Source of the DNA: Raillietiella orientalis
Lineage: Eukaryota
DNA: 64,000 nt
Assembly: GCA_036172245.1 (NCBI GenBank)
Contig: JAYWIR010000005.1
Location: 1,922,001 to 1,986,000 of the forward strand
Direction: 5' to 3'
A model generated the notes under the pieces. The model searched no databases. It worked only from the letters and a program-made list of their open reading frames with translations, and was not told the DNA's origin. Each line of letters begins with the position of its first letter. The stretch's first letter is position 1. The translations under genes and the position numbers were made by a program. This document shows, piece after piece, positions 52,601 to 64,000 of this stretch.

Positions 52601-54602
52601 ACGTTACTCCTCTAAATGTTCCTCAGCTTTATTTTCTGCAATTTTGGAGAAAACTTGGAGTTAGACATGCTGAGGTCTGCTCAGAACAACGTAAAGGCGG
52701 TCAGCAAAGAGAAAGAGAAGAACCATTCGTTTTCCAAAGGAAACGCAGGTGGAGTTTCTCTACTTAACACTTGGCCCAGAAACATCCCTTGCTACTCCAA
52801 AATAGTTGTGCTTAAAAGACCAGCCGTTTCCAGTGAGCCGCTCTTCTTCAGCAAGTGTGATCTCATCTGAGGATGCATCTGGCAGGAACCTGGGTCCAAA
52901 ACGAGTCATGGGTTAACCTTGCACGAAACTGCAATCATAGACTTACTACGGAGTGTCAGTTGCTTCGACTCCTCCATGCACATTGCGTCTTCCAGTCTTT
53001 TCGCCCTGGATGCCGTCTCTCGAGCCATCCTAACTACTTGAAGGTGTCGAGTGTTACGATCACGAACACTCCGTCAGTGAATCAATGACTAAGACAAAAA
53101 AAGTGTTTGGCAGATTCCATGCGCGCTGATTAGATGTTCTGAAACAATTGCATGAGCTCTTTAATTCACTGCACAGGTTTTTTGTGACCTCCTCCTACTC
53201 CTCTTCCCAAAGTGCACACAAGCCGCACGCACTCGTTTGTGAAGCATGGAGTTGGTGGATTGGAATCCTTGAAGCCCTCGCCATTTAAGTGCGAACGTCA
53301 TGCCAGTTGTCTGGTTAGATTACCATTGGCCACGCAGCCGTACCTTTTTGCTTTAGACACTCACTCAGATGAGGGAAGGTCATTCGCTTCGTGAAGGCGA
53401 GGACCTCTTTACGATCTCTGTTGCTAAGGCTACGGTCAATGCAGTCAGACTTTCCCAAGCACTTCCAGTTTTTCAGCAACACTTCAACATCCACCCACGA
53501 TGCGCTGACTATGTCTGCCTTGGGTCGCACGAGTGACCTGCAAAGTCGTCCAACCTTGTTGACCAAAAGGACTTCAGCCGCGGCTGCACATCGTTACAAG
53601 CCATTACGTTTCCACACTCTTTCTTATTCTTCCTTTTAAAAGTCCAAGTGAGAGATCGATGTCTTGGAAGGATCAGAGCATAAATATTCCATTCACACTA
53701 CACCAATATGCACTTTTGGTTAAACATCCCTTTTAATATTAACAGGTGTGTTTGTACTCGTCAAAGAGCGTATTTATGGACTCTTGTACTCTATTATGTG
53801 CGAACTGATTATACTGACGTGAATATGTTGCTTGTGTATATGATATGTGTTTCTGTACTTTCTTTACTTCGATGATACATTCGTTTCGTGCATTAATTTG
53901 CATTGATTGAGGTATGATTAATCAATTAAGCCGTATTTATTCACATGGTGCTCTGCGGAAATGCACTGAGACGAACGCCGGAGTTTGAGGCATTCCATGA
54001 TTCCGCACGAGCGCAGACGAGGACGTGGCCGTGTACATACCGTACGGTATCGTTTTTGCCGTTTCGAATATACGTCCATTTTGCCGCTTGTGAAAGCTGC
54101 ATGTGTGATTTCGCGCGCTAATGGAAGTTTGGAAAAACATTGCTCCGTCTGCGATCCTGGAACGTTCAAATCCTCACGGCTTGCAGGATTCTCAGCCGTG
54201 TTTCCCACCGAAGACCTGGGAGGGACACTTTCCTCCCAATTCCCTCCTTTCTCACCAAGGAAAAAGGGTGGAAAGAAAGGACAAGAGGTTTCTCTTTCAG
54301 GATGCGCTCTGAAACCTGGAGCGCCAGGAGAATACCTCAGGGCATCCGCTAGCCAATGCGGATTAACCCTAATTTCCCTTTGGTTAACCGAAATTCTTTA
54401 CGCGGGGTCTGTGAGCTTCAATCGTCTCCCCAGACAAACAGAAGCTGGTTCCCACCAATACGGCATTTATTTTTTTTTCTTTAGGAATGTTCCAGACGCT
54501 AGAAAGATTACTACTTGTGATACCTTAAATTTCAATGCTGTTTGTTTGTTTTAAAATTATGTATGCTCATGCGTTTCTAAAACAAAGTTCCTCTTCTTCA
54601 AG

Positions 54603-54736
54603 GGAACATTTTCGTAATTATGGCTGTCTTGTTGGAAAAAAATCTCCAGAACGTTCAAAATTATTTGATCGTATCTTTGGCTGTTGCTGACTTGATGGTC
54701 GCGTGCCTGGTCATGCCCATGGGAGCAGTATATGAG
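54603..54736 (+). CDS. 5-HT1: Serotonin 5-HT1-type receptor, second coding exon: end of TM1, ICL1, TM2
   Basis: Acceptor ttcctcttcttcaAG| (AG 54601-54602) and donor GAG|GTAAGA (GT 54737, phase 0). Translates (G)[44 protein letters not shown], with N1.50, LAVAD (D2.50) and VMP. This is close to the arthropod 5-HT1 pattern recalled as ERNLQNVANYL..SLAVADL.VACLVMPLGAVYE. Confidence 0.95.
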
Positions 54737-57479
54737 GTAAGATTTACTGGCTTTCTCCTGTGCATCCCTCCCTTAGCTTTTCCGAGCATCACAACATTAG
54801 GGGCGAACGGCTCTGCGTGCAAAATCGAACTACATCCCCAACGATTGACCGAGTGCGTTGCATCCCTGACTCGCACAGAGTTCTCTCTCTTTCCTTTTTT
54901 CTAACGTAACCAATCCAGAATCCGCGCATCCTGGATTCCCCCTCTTGCGACTGGCAACAAAGCGCGGCAGCGCGGCTCTGCCCACGGGGCAGAATCGTTC
55001 TGGGAAATCCATCGCTTCCCACCTCGGAGGGAGCGTGGCTTTCCTCCCCGAGGCGTTCACGGACGCGCGCGGTCCCGGAAAAGTTTCTGCGCGTCCTGCC
55101 TTCCTCCGAAAGCGCGCCATTTATGTACTCTTCTTTCAATTGCGGCCTCGAAACCCGCCGCGCTGAGAGGCCTCGGGCAAGTTGCATCCCTGCTGAAGAC
55201 CCGTCCTGGAGGCTCATCCACCTTTGCAGTTCCAGCTCACCGTTAAGTCCTCAGCTTGCAGTCACAAGAGAGCATCTCAAAGGCAATGCTGGGCGCGCAT
55301 GCGTGTGAGCTCTTGTGCCACGATTCGAGACCTCTGGGCTGGAGCGAAAAGGCGCAGCGAAACTCATTCATTATTTACCCTTAAAAGTAGTAAATAATGA
55401 ATGAATTCATAATAATAAATCTCCCTGGAAAGATGGGCAGAGAGCTTGAGGGGCGATGAAAACGCGAAAGTAGAATGATGAATGCAGCAGGCTTCGATAA
55501 AAAATAAATAAGAAGAGAAAAAAAATCATTCTAGGAGGTTCCTTGGGTGGATTGTAATTCATTAAGACGCTCTGATGAGCTCATTCATCTCGCCTAGGAA
55601 GCGTAATTTTTTGAATGGGTGGAACAGGAATACCCGAAGGAACGCAAGCGTCTGCTTGTATCGGGAGGATGCAAAGCAACCGAAATCTTTCCGCAGGCAG
55701 TGGTGTGCCGTGAGGGAGCAGAAGGAGCATCGATCGAGTTCTGCCCGCAGAGGAAAATCTCTGGAGGGGACCACGCTCGTGCTTGGAGGAAAGCTCCAAG
55801 AATCCTCGCAATTCAAGGAGCACTTGCGCCCGCGGGGCTGAAACAGCACATCAAGTGGGATAGGCTCCGTGCGGCGAGGCAAAGCAGATGAAGCTACCGT
55901 AGGGTCGTGACCTGAGAGTGGCTTCCACTTGGGAAGAAAGTACATTTAAAAAAATGTGTTTTGTTCCCAGAGGAAACAGAACGACAGAAGGTCGAGAACG
56001 AAAGTTGAAGGCTTGACGTGTCTAACTACTGGAAGCAATGAGTCAAGTTCTCACCACAGAGAAGTCGCGACCATCTCTGGATGAAACTAGCTTCCGAAAT
56101 TCATGGGAGATTTCCTCTAGGATGAACAACGAAAGGATGGGGGGAGGACACAATCTGGTGACGTAGGACGTGACGTTTAAAGAGGAAGCGTTCCGAAATC
56201 CTGTCAAGGAATCTGAAGCCTCTCCGGGAGACGTTTCGCGCGAGATTTCGTGCTTGTCGGGTGTCGACCGTGACAACATTTCTCCGGAGGAGCGGATCCG
56301 CTCGGAGACGAAGAGAGTTCCGACTGCTCCTCGGAAGAGACTTCGGCGGCTGGTGAATTTATTGCTGCTAGGAAGTTGGCGCCTCGCATGCTCTCGTTCT
56401 AAAGTCTGTTGTCTGTCAGTTTGATTTCCTGTGAGTGTCTCGATCACACAACAAACGCTGCATTTTCTTGCTCACCATCCACCACGTCGAAACTTCCAGA
56501 AACAGGGATTCGGGAAACCGAGGCCGGGGCTCCTCCGTTCTGCGCCCCAACGTGCACTTCCGTCTTCGAAGTTTCAATACGGGCATCCCGAGTCGAGCCT
56601 CAAGGGATTTTAAAGTCTTGCGCGGTTTGCTGCGCACGGAGATCTCCTCCGAGCCGTTCATCCTGCTGAAACTCAACGTGCGTGTCCTTCAAACGAACTA
56701 GCAAGACCTATTTGCACCTGGACCACCAGGCGTTCCTGCAGGGACATTGCACGAGTCACGAAGCGATGCCCATCTTTCTAATTTTGCTCTTCCACCTCTC
56801 TTGTTCCCTTCTGAGGTCCACGTCATAGTTATTTTTGTTCCGCTCCTCGTCAACGTTTGCCACGTCACCGTGCATAAACGCTGCCACCATTCGTCCACTT
56901 TCTTACCACGAAGTTTGGAATTGGGTTCCTCAAGCCAGAGTCCCCCAAGGCAGAGCTCACGAGACTCAACATCAGCAAAGTCGGAATTCCTCGTGATGCC
57001 ACCCTCCTGATGAAGCCACGATGAGCCTGCATCATCTCTCTATCCTTAGCAGCCTCATCTCCAAGGAAACTTCCAGCTGAAACTATGATGCTCTTGCGAA
57101 GCTCACTCGCAGTGAAGCTGGACGAGCAGGCTGTGCGCGCAGAATTTTCGAGCACCTCCACTCCCGCGGAGATGAAACGGAACGTCTGTCGCACGGCTGT
57201 GATCCCACGAAAAACTTTTGAGCCCCACGTCAGATCCCGATGTTTGGATTCTTCGACTCTTCGACTTGTCCTCTACTGAAAAAGGCAGGTGCCACGCGTC
57301 GGGCCGCAAGGTTTTGGGTCCGTTCGCTTCCATCTGCCCTCAGGCATTGAAATGGATTAGGAAATCGGCAAACAGATCGCCATGTGCTGGTTCCGGTACC
57401 TACCGTCCTAATAGGCTGCCTCCTATTCCCTTTCCATTTCGTTCCCTATACATCAGCGGGCTTCGTATTTATTGGTTTG

Positions 57480-58500
57480 CAAATGCGAAACGTTGATTTT
57501 CATAACCCTATTTATTTAGTTATTCGGGAACAGCTGTTTACTATTAGCCTCCAAATACTATGCAAGCACAACACGAAAATGCACTGCGAAAATCGATGGG
57601 ATCAGGTCGCTTCTAAGATGCATTTTAGAAGGGTTCGGCGTGGGGAACTTCCGAATGAACGAATCGCGGGTTTGCCTTCATTTGCGTGCACTGCAGGCAT
57701 CACATATGAAGGGCAACCCGTCGGGCAGGAACCCCTGCATCTTGGATGGCGCATCACATCTAGAAGAACAGTTTAGCTCCCAATCTGAATTTCATCTTTG
57801 GAGAGAAACATCCACAGCGGCTGCACTTGACAAGGTTGCATTTTCCCCGGATCCTGTAATTGCTCTTGGAGTTTTGCTAACCAAATTCCTTTTCAAATAC
57901 AAACCGTTCCCCATATGAAACGGGAGACCTCATGTGCAAAACAATCCTCAACAGGTTTCAGAAGATTGCATTTGTTTCCAGGAGTGCCACAGGATGCCTA
58001 GGCAGTGAGTGGTATCCCTGCTTTCCAGGAGCCACGCCACTAAGTAGAGAGGAACTTTTCGTAATTGACGTCTCATTTTTGTTTTATTTCTTGCACCAGA
58101 AGTTGTTAAAGGGGTAATTCCGTGGGTAAAGCTTTTGTGACGAGAAGAGAAGCGATCCGTCGTTGAGAGAATGCCATTTTGAAGTTTAGAGTTGGCTTTC
58201 AGAAGGATGCTAACGAAATCCTTGGAGAATCAGAGCGCTTATTTAAACGCTGTTCCATTCACTGACTTTGATATGTTATCGCACTTGGTCGAAAGGGTTG
58301 AAGCTCACGTAAATTCAAAGAGAATTTAGAAAATCGCACCTTTGTGTTTCACGATGCATGCGTCCCCTTTTACGTCAAAACTGTGGTCCCATTCTCCATC
58401 ATACAAGGTAATCAACCACTCTATGACTGTAATCAATGGATCGCCGTTCCTCGCTTCGAGATCCCTTGTGGTTCATTGCAAAATAGATAAGGTCATCAAC
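57480..58500 (+). mobile_element. Decayed CR1-like LINE relic
   Basis: VDFHNPIYLV (cf. .DF.KAFD.V), ENRWDQV, ALDKV, CKTI, ANEILGESERLF (cf. AN.ILG.I.R.F), KLWSHSPSYK (cf. VWSP..K). Confidence 0.42.
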
Positions 58501-59399
58501 ACGTACAGCCGGGTTTCATCCAGGAAACGATGACTTTTTTTCCCCATGATGAACTCATCCGGTCGACTCCCGACAACTGGAAGGATATCTTCGACTCGCA
58601 TTCTTCTAGGATGCTGAAAAAATGAGAATAATGAGTTAAGCCACTGTTCTCACTTCCATCTTGGCGGCGAGGAGGGAAATGCTGCATTCCAGCTTCCGTG
58701 GGCATCATGTGTGTCTGCTAATTGAGCTCCGTTTCATTATGCGCATCCTGTTTCCTGCTTTCATCGCCGGCAACCATTACAAGGACCCATTTAACCAAAA
58801 GTTTCTATAAATTTCCAATGACCCAATTCCATCTACCGCCAGATTGGCAATTCTCTTAGACCGAAATCGTTTGCGAGAAGGGGTGGCTGTCTGAAGTTGG
58901 CTCATGCAAATCGTTTTTTGGGATAGTTTCCGAAAACAATTAACGATGGAGAAGCATTAATTCGATGAGAATCGGAGAAATATCCCTGAGGTCGGCTCTA
59001 GGGAGGTGTTCCTCAAGACGCTGACCAGTTACGCTCATCTTGCTTCATCGATCAGATTTGGGAGAATGCCCGAATTCGAGCAATTGGTTGCTACGAACAT
59101 CTCTGTTGATGCTGCCCACGGATCCAAGTGTGTCCTCTTTTGCTAAGAAATCCGAAGTTTGGTGTTTTCCGGTGTTGCCGTGCCATCTGTAGCCGGATAC
59201 TTCAGCGTGTCTCTCAGAGAGGCGCTACGCGTGGGATTACTTGATGGAGCCGCTAAAGTCCCTTCCGCTTCTCTTAAACCGTTCTATTCAAAGGATAGGA
59301 GGAAGCAAATATTCAACGGGACGAAGAATTTTGAACGATCCCCAGTTCCCATGTGTGTGGTCCGTCGACTTTTACGCTGCCTTTGGAAAGGACACCAGA

Positions 59400-60020
59400 T
59401 AGACACATCACGAACGACTACATCCAGTGCCTTCTTACCAAGCCCGCTTAGGAGCTTTTGATCGCAACTTCCTGGAAACTGCATTGGATAGAATACTCGT
59501 GTGAATTTTAAGGTTAAGCTGAGCGTAAGAATTCATGATTGAAAATCTCCTCCAGGAAATCAGATAGTGGGAAGAAAGAGGTACCTGCCGAAAGAATCGC
59601 TACTTTGCTTCCGCGCTCTTGAGAATCGCTCGCGGATCTGCCATGGGAACCAAAATCTTTTACTGCCGCTAGTAGAGAAGTACAACCAGGATGACGACGA
59701 AAACTATGGTCATCAAACTCTTCAGAGTCACGTTTACCGCTCCTGGAAGAAGGAGAGCGCAGCTTATCGGAGAGAGAGCTGCTCTTTTTTATAGCCGAAT
59801 GAGTCAACTCAGTGACTATCTTATTTTCTGGAGACATGGATCCAGAAGAGCATGGAAATGCTGCTGCATTTCCAGCAAGGGTGGGAAAAGTGTTCATCAA
59901 TAACATCATCAAGTGGCAAACATGCCCGTTTCTTGCAGCTTCCCGCTTTTGAGGGTGGAAACGTATCATGGTAACCGCTCTTAATGTCCAGCAGCAGGCG
60001 CTTCGAGTGGATTCTCTGAC
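59400..60020 (-). mobile_element. Decayed LINE RT fragment (tentative)
   Basis: HSFRRHPGCTSLL (cf. .GFR...S..T.L), DFLEEIFNHEFL (cf. DF.KAFD.VNHEFL), GLGKKALD. Confidence 0.38.
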
Positions 60021-63000
60021 AGAGGAAAGCCTCCCATGGAAGCTTGTGGGAAGCGACCATTTGCGGAAAGCTTGGATTTCCTCAGGAGCGGAATTAGATG
60101 GCTCCTTCAGACTTCGGTGCCAACCTCCATGTCCCTATGCGGTTCACGAAACAGCAGGTGTGCTTCCAGTCAAGAATTCCCAGGTTTTCCTTTACTTTGT
60201 CACTCGCACGGAAGACACCAACCTGCCTAAAGGATGCATTCGTCTTCGCCAAGGCATGAAGAAACCCGCGAGTCAAGGCAACGAAACAGTCGAACGGAGG
60301 GAACTGGATGGAGCTCACATCTCCGAAATGATGCATTCAGGGTGAAATGGGAAGGAGTCGCCGGCAGATTGGATCCGCTCGAGATGATAAAGCGAAAGTG
60401 AGAACCGAAGAGGAGGAGGAGGCCTCCAATCATGGAAGGCATAAATAATGCAGCACTGGTTTTCCCTTAAATTGCATCGTTGAAGGGAATTAATAATAAG
60501 GCCAAGTGCATCTCTGTAAAGGGTTTGATACCCACGAGTTCTTTCGGCTTTCGAGAGACAGTTCCGCAGACTGTTCATGCATTGATCCTGGATGAGACTT
60601 CAAGATTTAACGGGGGCCACACCCACGATGCACCGAGTCTAAATGATTTTCGAAACCACTTCGGGCAGGTCGAACCACGGGATTTTCCCGTTGTTCGCTC
60701 AGACAACCCGGACCGCGTGCAACCACCGTCAACCCGCGCCGAGTTCCAAAAGAACGTTGCCTTCGGTATGCGGCTCTTCTGGGAAACAAAAGAGGCGGTT
60801 GACCGAATCCCATGGCCTCGCTGATCCTGACGCTTAATTCTTTGCGGTCATTCAGAAAAGTGAACCTCGTGTTGAAGGTTTTTTTCCCGGACGCAGATCA
60901 GTTGCTGCCCAGACTTGGAGGGCAAGAGGTCCTTGAGGTCATATTTCCATTTTCTGTAGGCCGAATTCTGGTCGGTCGGGTCCTTCTACGGACCACTTTT
61001 GATAGGCTAGTAGACTCTAGGGATGAAACGTACCTCATAGAAATGCATCTATTTGCTTTCCGGATCTTCGAGGAGCACGCTATACGATGCGAACGGTTTC
61101 CATATGGACAAAGGAAATGAATTCTATGGCAGAAAGGAAATTTCCTAGGTAGCTGATGACAGCAAGGCACGCTGCTACCACCACCTGCACGGAAACTTTG
61201 CCAGTCAAACCTCAGCCGGCACGTCTACGGGCAGCATCGCCAAAAGCAACCGCTTCGATGTTCCCTCGAAACTGGATGCATCGTTCGGTGTTTTAGTCAG
61301 CAAGACGCTGGCTATACAAAGGAGGCGAAGAACACCAATGAAGGAGCTAAAGGACAGTGCAGTACTTGAAACAAAAAGTCGTCGATTTTCGAGCAGCGTG
61401 TGCTGACCAAGAAAAAGGCAGTTGCTTCTCTGCGTGTGGTGGACCTGAAACACGGTCAGCTCGGATGGAAGAACGGGAGTTTTCAGGGTGCATGAAAGAT
61501 CGCTCAAGTAGTGCCATTTCAGTTTGGACGCCGATGGGAGAAGCAGAAGGCATCAGACGACGGAGGAAGCACTGCATGCAGCGCGTGCAAAAAGAAGACA
61601 CAATTCAGAAGGATTTCCGTTTGGGATGAAATCGAGGAGGCATTCGCGAGAACAGAGATCAAAAATTAAGAGTGATGTCTCGAGCAGAGAATCCCATCTG
61701 TGGTAACGTGTTTCTCGTGCGCCTCGTGAGGCATTCCAGAGTGCGATGTCAGATCAAAGAACTCGCAAACAGTGAAAACAGAAATAAAAAAATGCAAACT
61801 GGATGGTTTTCCAAACTGATTTGAATTCCCAAAGTGACCCTTGGAGTTTACGCCTTGCGTCCTGTTTCCCAAGAAGGAAAAGACTGGATTACTCTGGGCT
61901 CCAGACATGATTCTTGATTTCCCCTCTTTGCATACAACGTGTGCGCGGTCCTGAACGTACAATAGCTTTTAAACGTTCACCTTTATTTCGAAACTCCTCC
62001 CTATCCCAGATCCTTCGCCCTTTTGACACAAGATGCAGCCTTGGGAAGTGCATCACGCACCGTACCATAAAGAAGCATGGATTTTGGAGGTCTTTTCAAA
62101 TTACAAGCAATGGTTCGGAAGTCTTGAAACAACAGTAGGTTCTCTCTCACCAAAGATGTCGGCAAATATTCTTTAGTGTCAGAAATGCTGCAAGGAGTTA
62201 GAGCTTCACCTCATCCTTTGCTTGTAACATCTTGCTGTTATTTTTTTTATGCATCTTGTGAATTCTCACCATGTCATGATGATGATCACTAGATGTAGCA
62301 CAACCAGAACAATCTGCAAGCTTCGCAACTGCACAACACCCCCAAGGATGCGCGTTTCCTCCATTCGTGATGTACTTCTCAAATCTTCCCCTCCTTACTG
62401 TTAAATCCATTCTTTCATTCTTCCATTTGCTTGAAACCGCCAGTTTGATGAGTTTGTCTTCGAGACGAAGTAGCATTTCCTCTCGGGAATGCACCGCATT
62501 GCATTCGCACCAATGGTATGAGAAGCTGCGATCTCTGCAAGCTGGGAGTGACTTGCGACCCTTTGCAAACGGCTGATCGTTTTGCCTCAGTTCCACGCTT
62601 TGGCTGCCTGCTGGCTCCGCATGCTTCCGGTAGAAAGAAAAGCCTCCACACGCTCTGGCCTGCCATCATACCATCCAGTCGCTTTTCTGGGTTTATGGTT
62701 GTGTTACTTTCGGGCGGGAATTTTCCTGAAGGAAATTCTTACCAAGGCTCCAAAGAGTAAAGTTGTTTCTCAAGCCGAAACCACTGGAGTAATGTCTCTG
62801 TTTTTTTTTTTTTTATGCTAAAGACAAGCGTGACAATAAAACAAAAGAAGCAGTAGGGATTCTGGAAAGACCGCAAATTGTGAGGATGCTTCCGTGTCCG
62901 TTGCAGTTTTTACTCCAGAAACAAGAGTTGTCTCTGGAGACCGCACATCTGAGATTCGAATTTGAAGAAAGTCCCTCGATGGAACACGAAGTGCTTTCGA

Positions 63001-64000
63001 CCAGAGTATCGTTGGTTCTTACTGGAGATTTCGAGATGTGAAAGCGTTCCACACGGTCGTTTCTCTATTGTGGAACAAATTTTGATGACCATAATGGCCA
63101 TCAAAATTCTCCCAGAAAATGTTGGGAAATCGTCATTCTGAAAGATTTCCCAACTCGCACCTCCATGCGTGTGCTAATGCCTTTAAGAATTGCAAGTAGG
63201 TTTCTTTCGTTTGACCTAAAGCGAAGCGGAGGAACGGTAAAAAGTCCACTTGGCTTATTTTAAACATCTGCAATCTCTCTCATCCGATGAGTCTGGCAAG
63301 TTCTTCGTCGATCTGTGCTGAATATCCAGCTTCGTGTCTGAATGCCTCTACACTTCTTCAGAACGCTTCTCAGCTATGCTCCCAGCATGCTCGTGGCTCG
63401 GAAAGTTCATGGAGATAAAGACACGCGGGCGAGAAAAAGTTTTACTGCCAAAACTACTCTTTCAATTTCCAATGCAGAAAACTTTTCTTTCAATTCTTCG
63501 GATGGGGCCGTTCAGCTCACCGCTGCAGAGAGACCACCACTTCTCCAAGTGCGCGCGTGCTAGCGCCGCGTAAGTGCCATCGGAGTGCAAAGTCATCACC
63601 CGTGTTTGGAAAGGTTCCCACGAGCTTCAGGCAGCGTCGCCTTTGATTCTGCCACACAGTTCTGCCACGCCCACCAACAGCGGAGACAGTGATTTTCAAT
63701 CCTGAAGACAGGAAAGTCACCGTCGCGATTTTATCGGTTTCCTGTCTGGAGGAGTGGATGACGGTTTTGGAAGATGACTCCGTGCTCTCGAAACGTTCAA
63801 GTGCGCACCCACTGTATAAACGATGTTGTTCATGGATCAGATCATGAGGTGTCTAAGCGGTAACACAGACAACATTTGGCTTCTGAAGTGCGTGACCTTT
63901 GCGACCCTTTGATCTTTGCAACTTTGTTGACACAAGTGTACTGCTGCAGAGTAGCCAGAGTTCTCGCCCTAGTTGTTGATCCTCCTACCAATTATGCCAA

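Larger units (their letters stand above)
48822..54602 (+). other. Phase-1 GT-AG intron (5781 nt) splitting the Gly codon of the TM1 GN motif
   Basis: GTAAGT at the 5' end, pyrimidine tract plus AG at the 3' end. G(48821)+GG(54603-54604) gives GGG (Gly), followed by AAC (Asn). Confidence 0.88.

Noticed and set aside
54037..54050. Perfect 14-bp palindrome ataccgtacggtat
   Set aside because: A few palindromes of this length are expected by chance in 64 kb.
54737..64000. Search for the receptor's TM3 exon (W.LG..LCD.W...DV...ASI.HL..IA.DRYW)
   Set aside because: No matching segment was found by eye; the exon probably lies downstream of the window. The ORF read-throughs past the donors (to 48904 and 54904) are intronic.

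Overview
Eukaryotic, gene-poor genomic DNA, most likely from an arthropod (inferred from the one recognisable gene). The only well-supported gene is the 5' coding part of a class A biogenic-amine GPCR of the invertebrate serotonin 5-HT1 type on the + strand. It has two coding exons, 48632-48821 (N-terminus and TM1) and 54603-54736 (end of TM1, ICL1, TM2), joined in frame across a 5.8-kb GT-AG intron. I could not find TM3-TM7, which presumably lie beyond the window. A splice acceptor 7 nt before the ATG implies upstream exon(s), so much of 1-48.6 kb may be intron of this gene; candidate first-exon/promoter regions lie near 2.0-2.75 kb and 24.5-26.3 kb. Much of the rest is a graveyard of heavily decayed non-LTR (LINE; CR1/L2/Jockey-like) reverse-transcriptase relics on both strands, recognisable only as ordered, frameshifted motif remnants. 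There are also three inverted homology pairs with 2-3.3 kb spacers (one built on a degenerate ~40-bp unit), several microsatellites and three AT/TpA-rich islands. No rRNA, intact tRNA, CRISPR array, operon or intact transposase is visible, and I found no convincing novel multi-gene system. All homology calls were made by eye, without searches.
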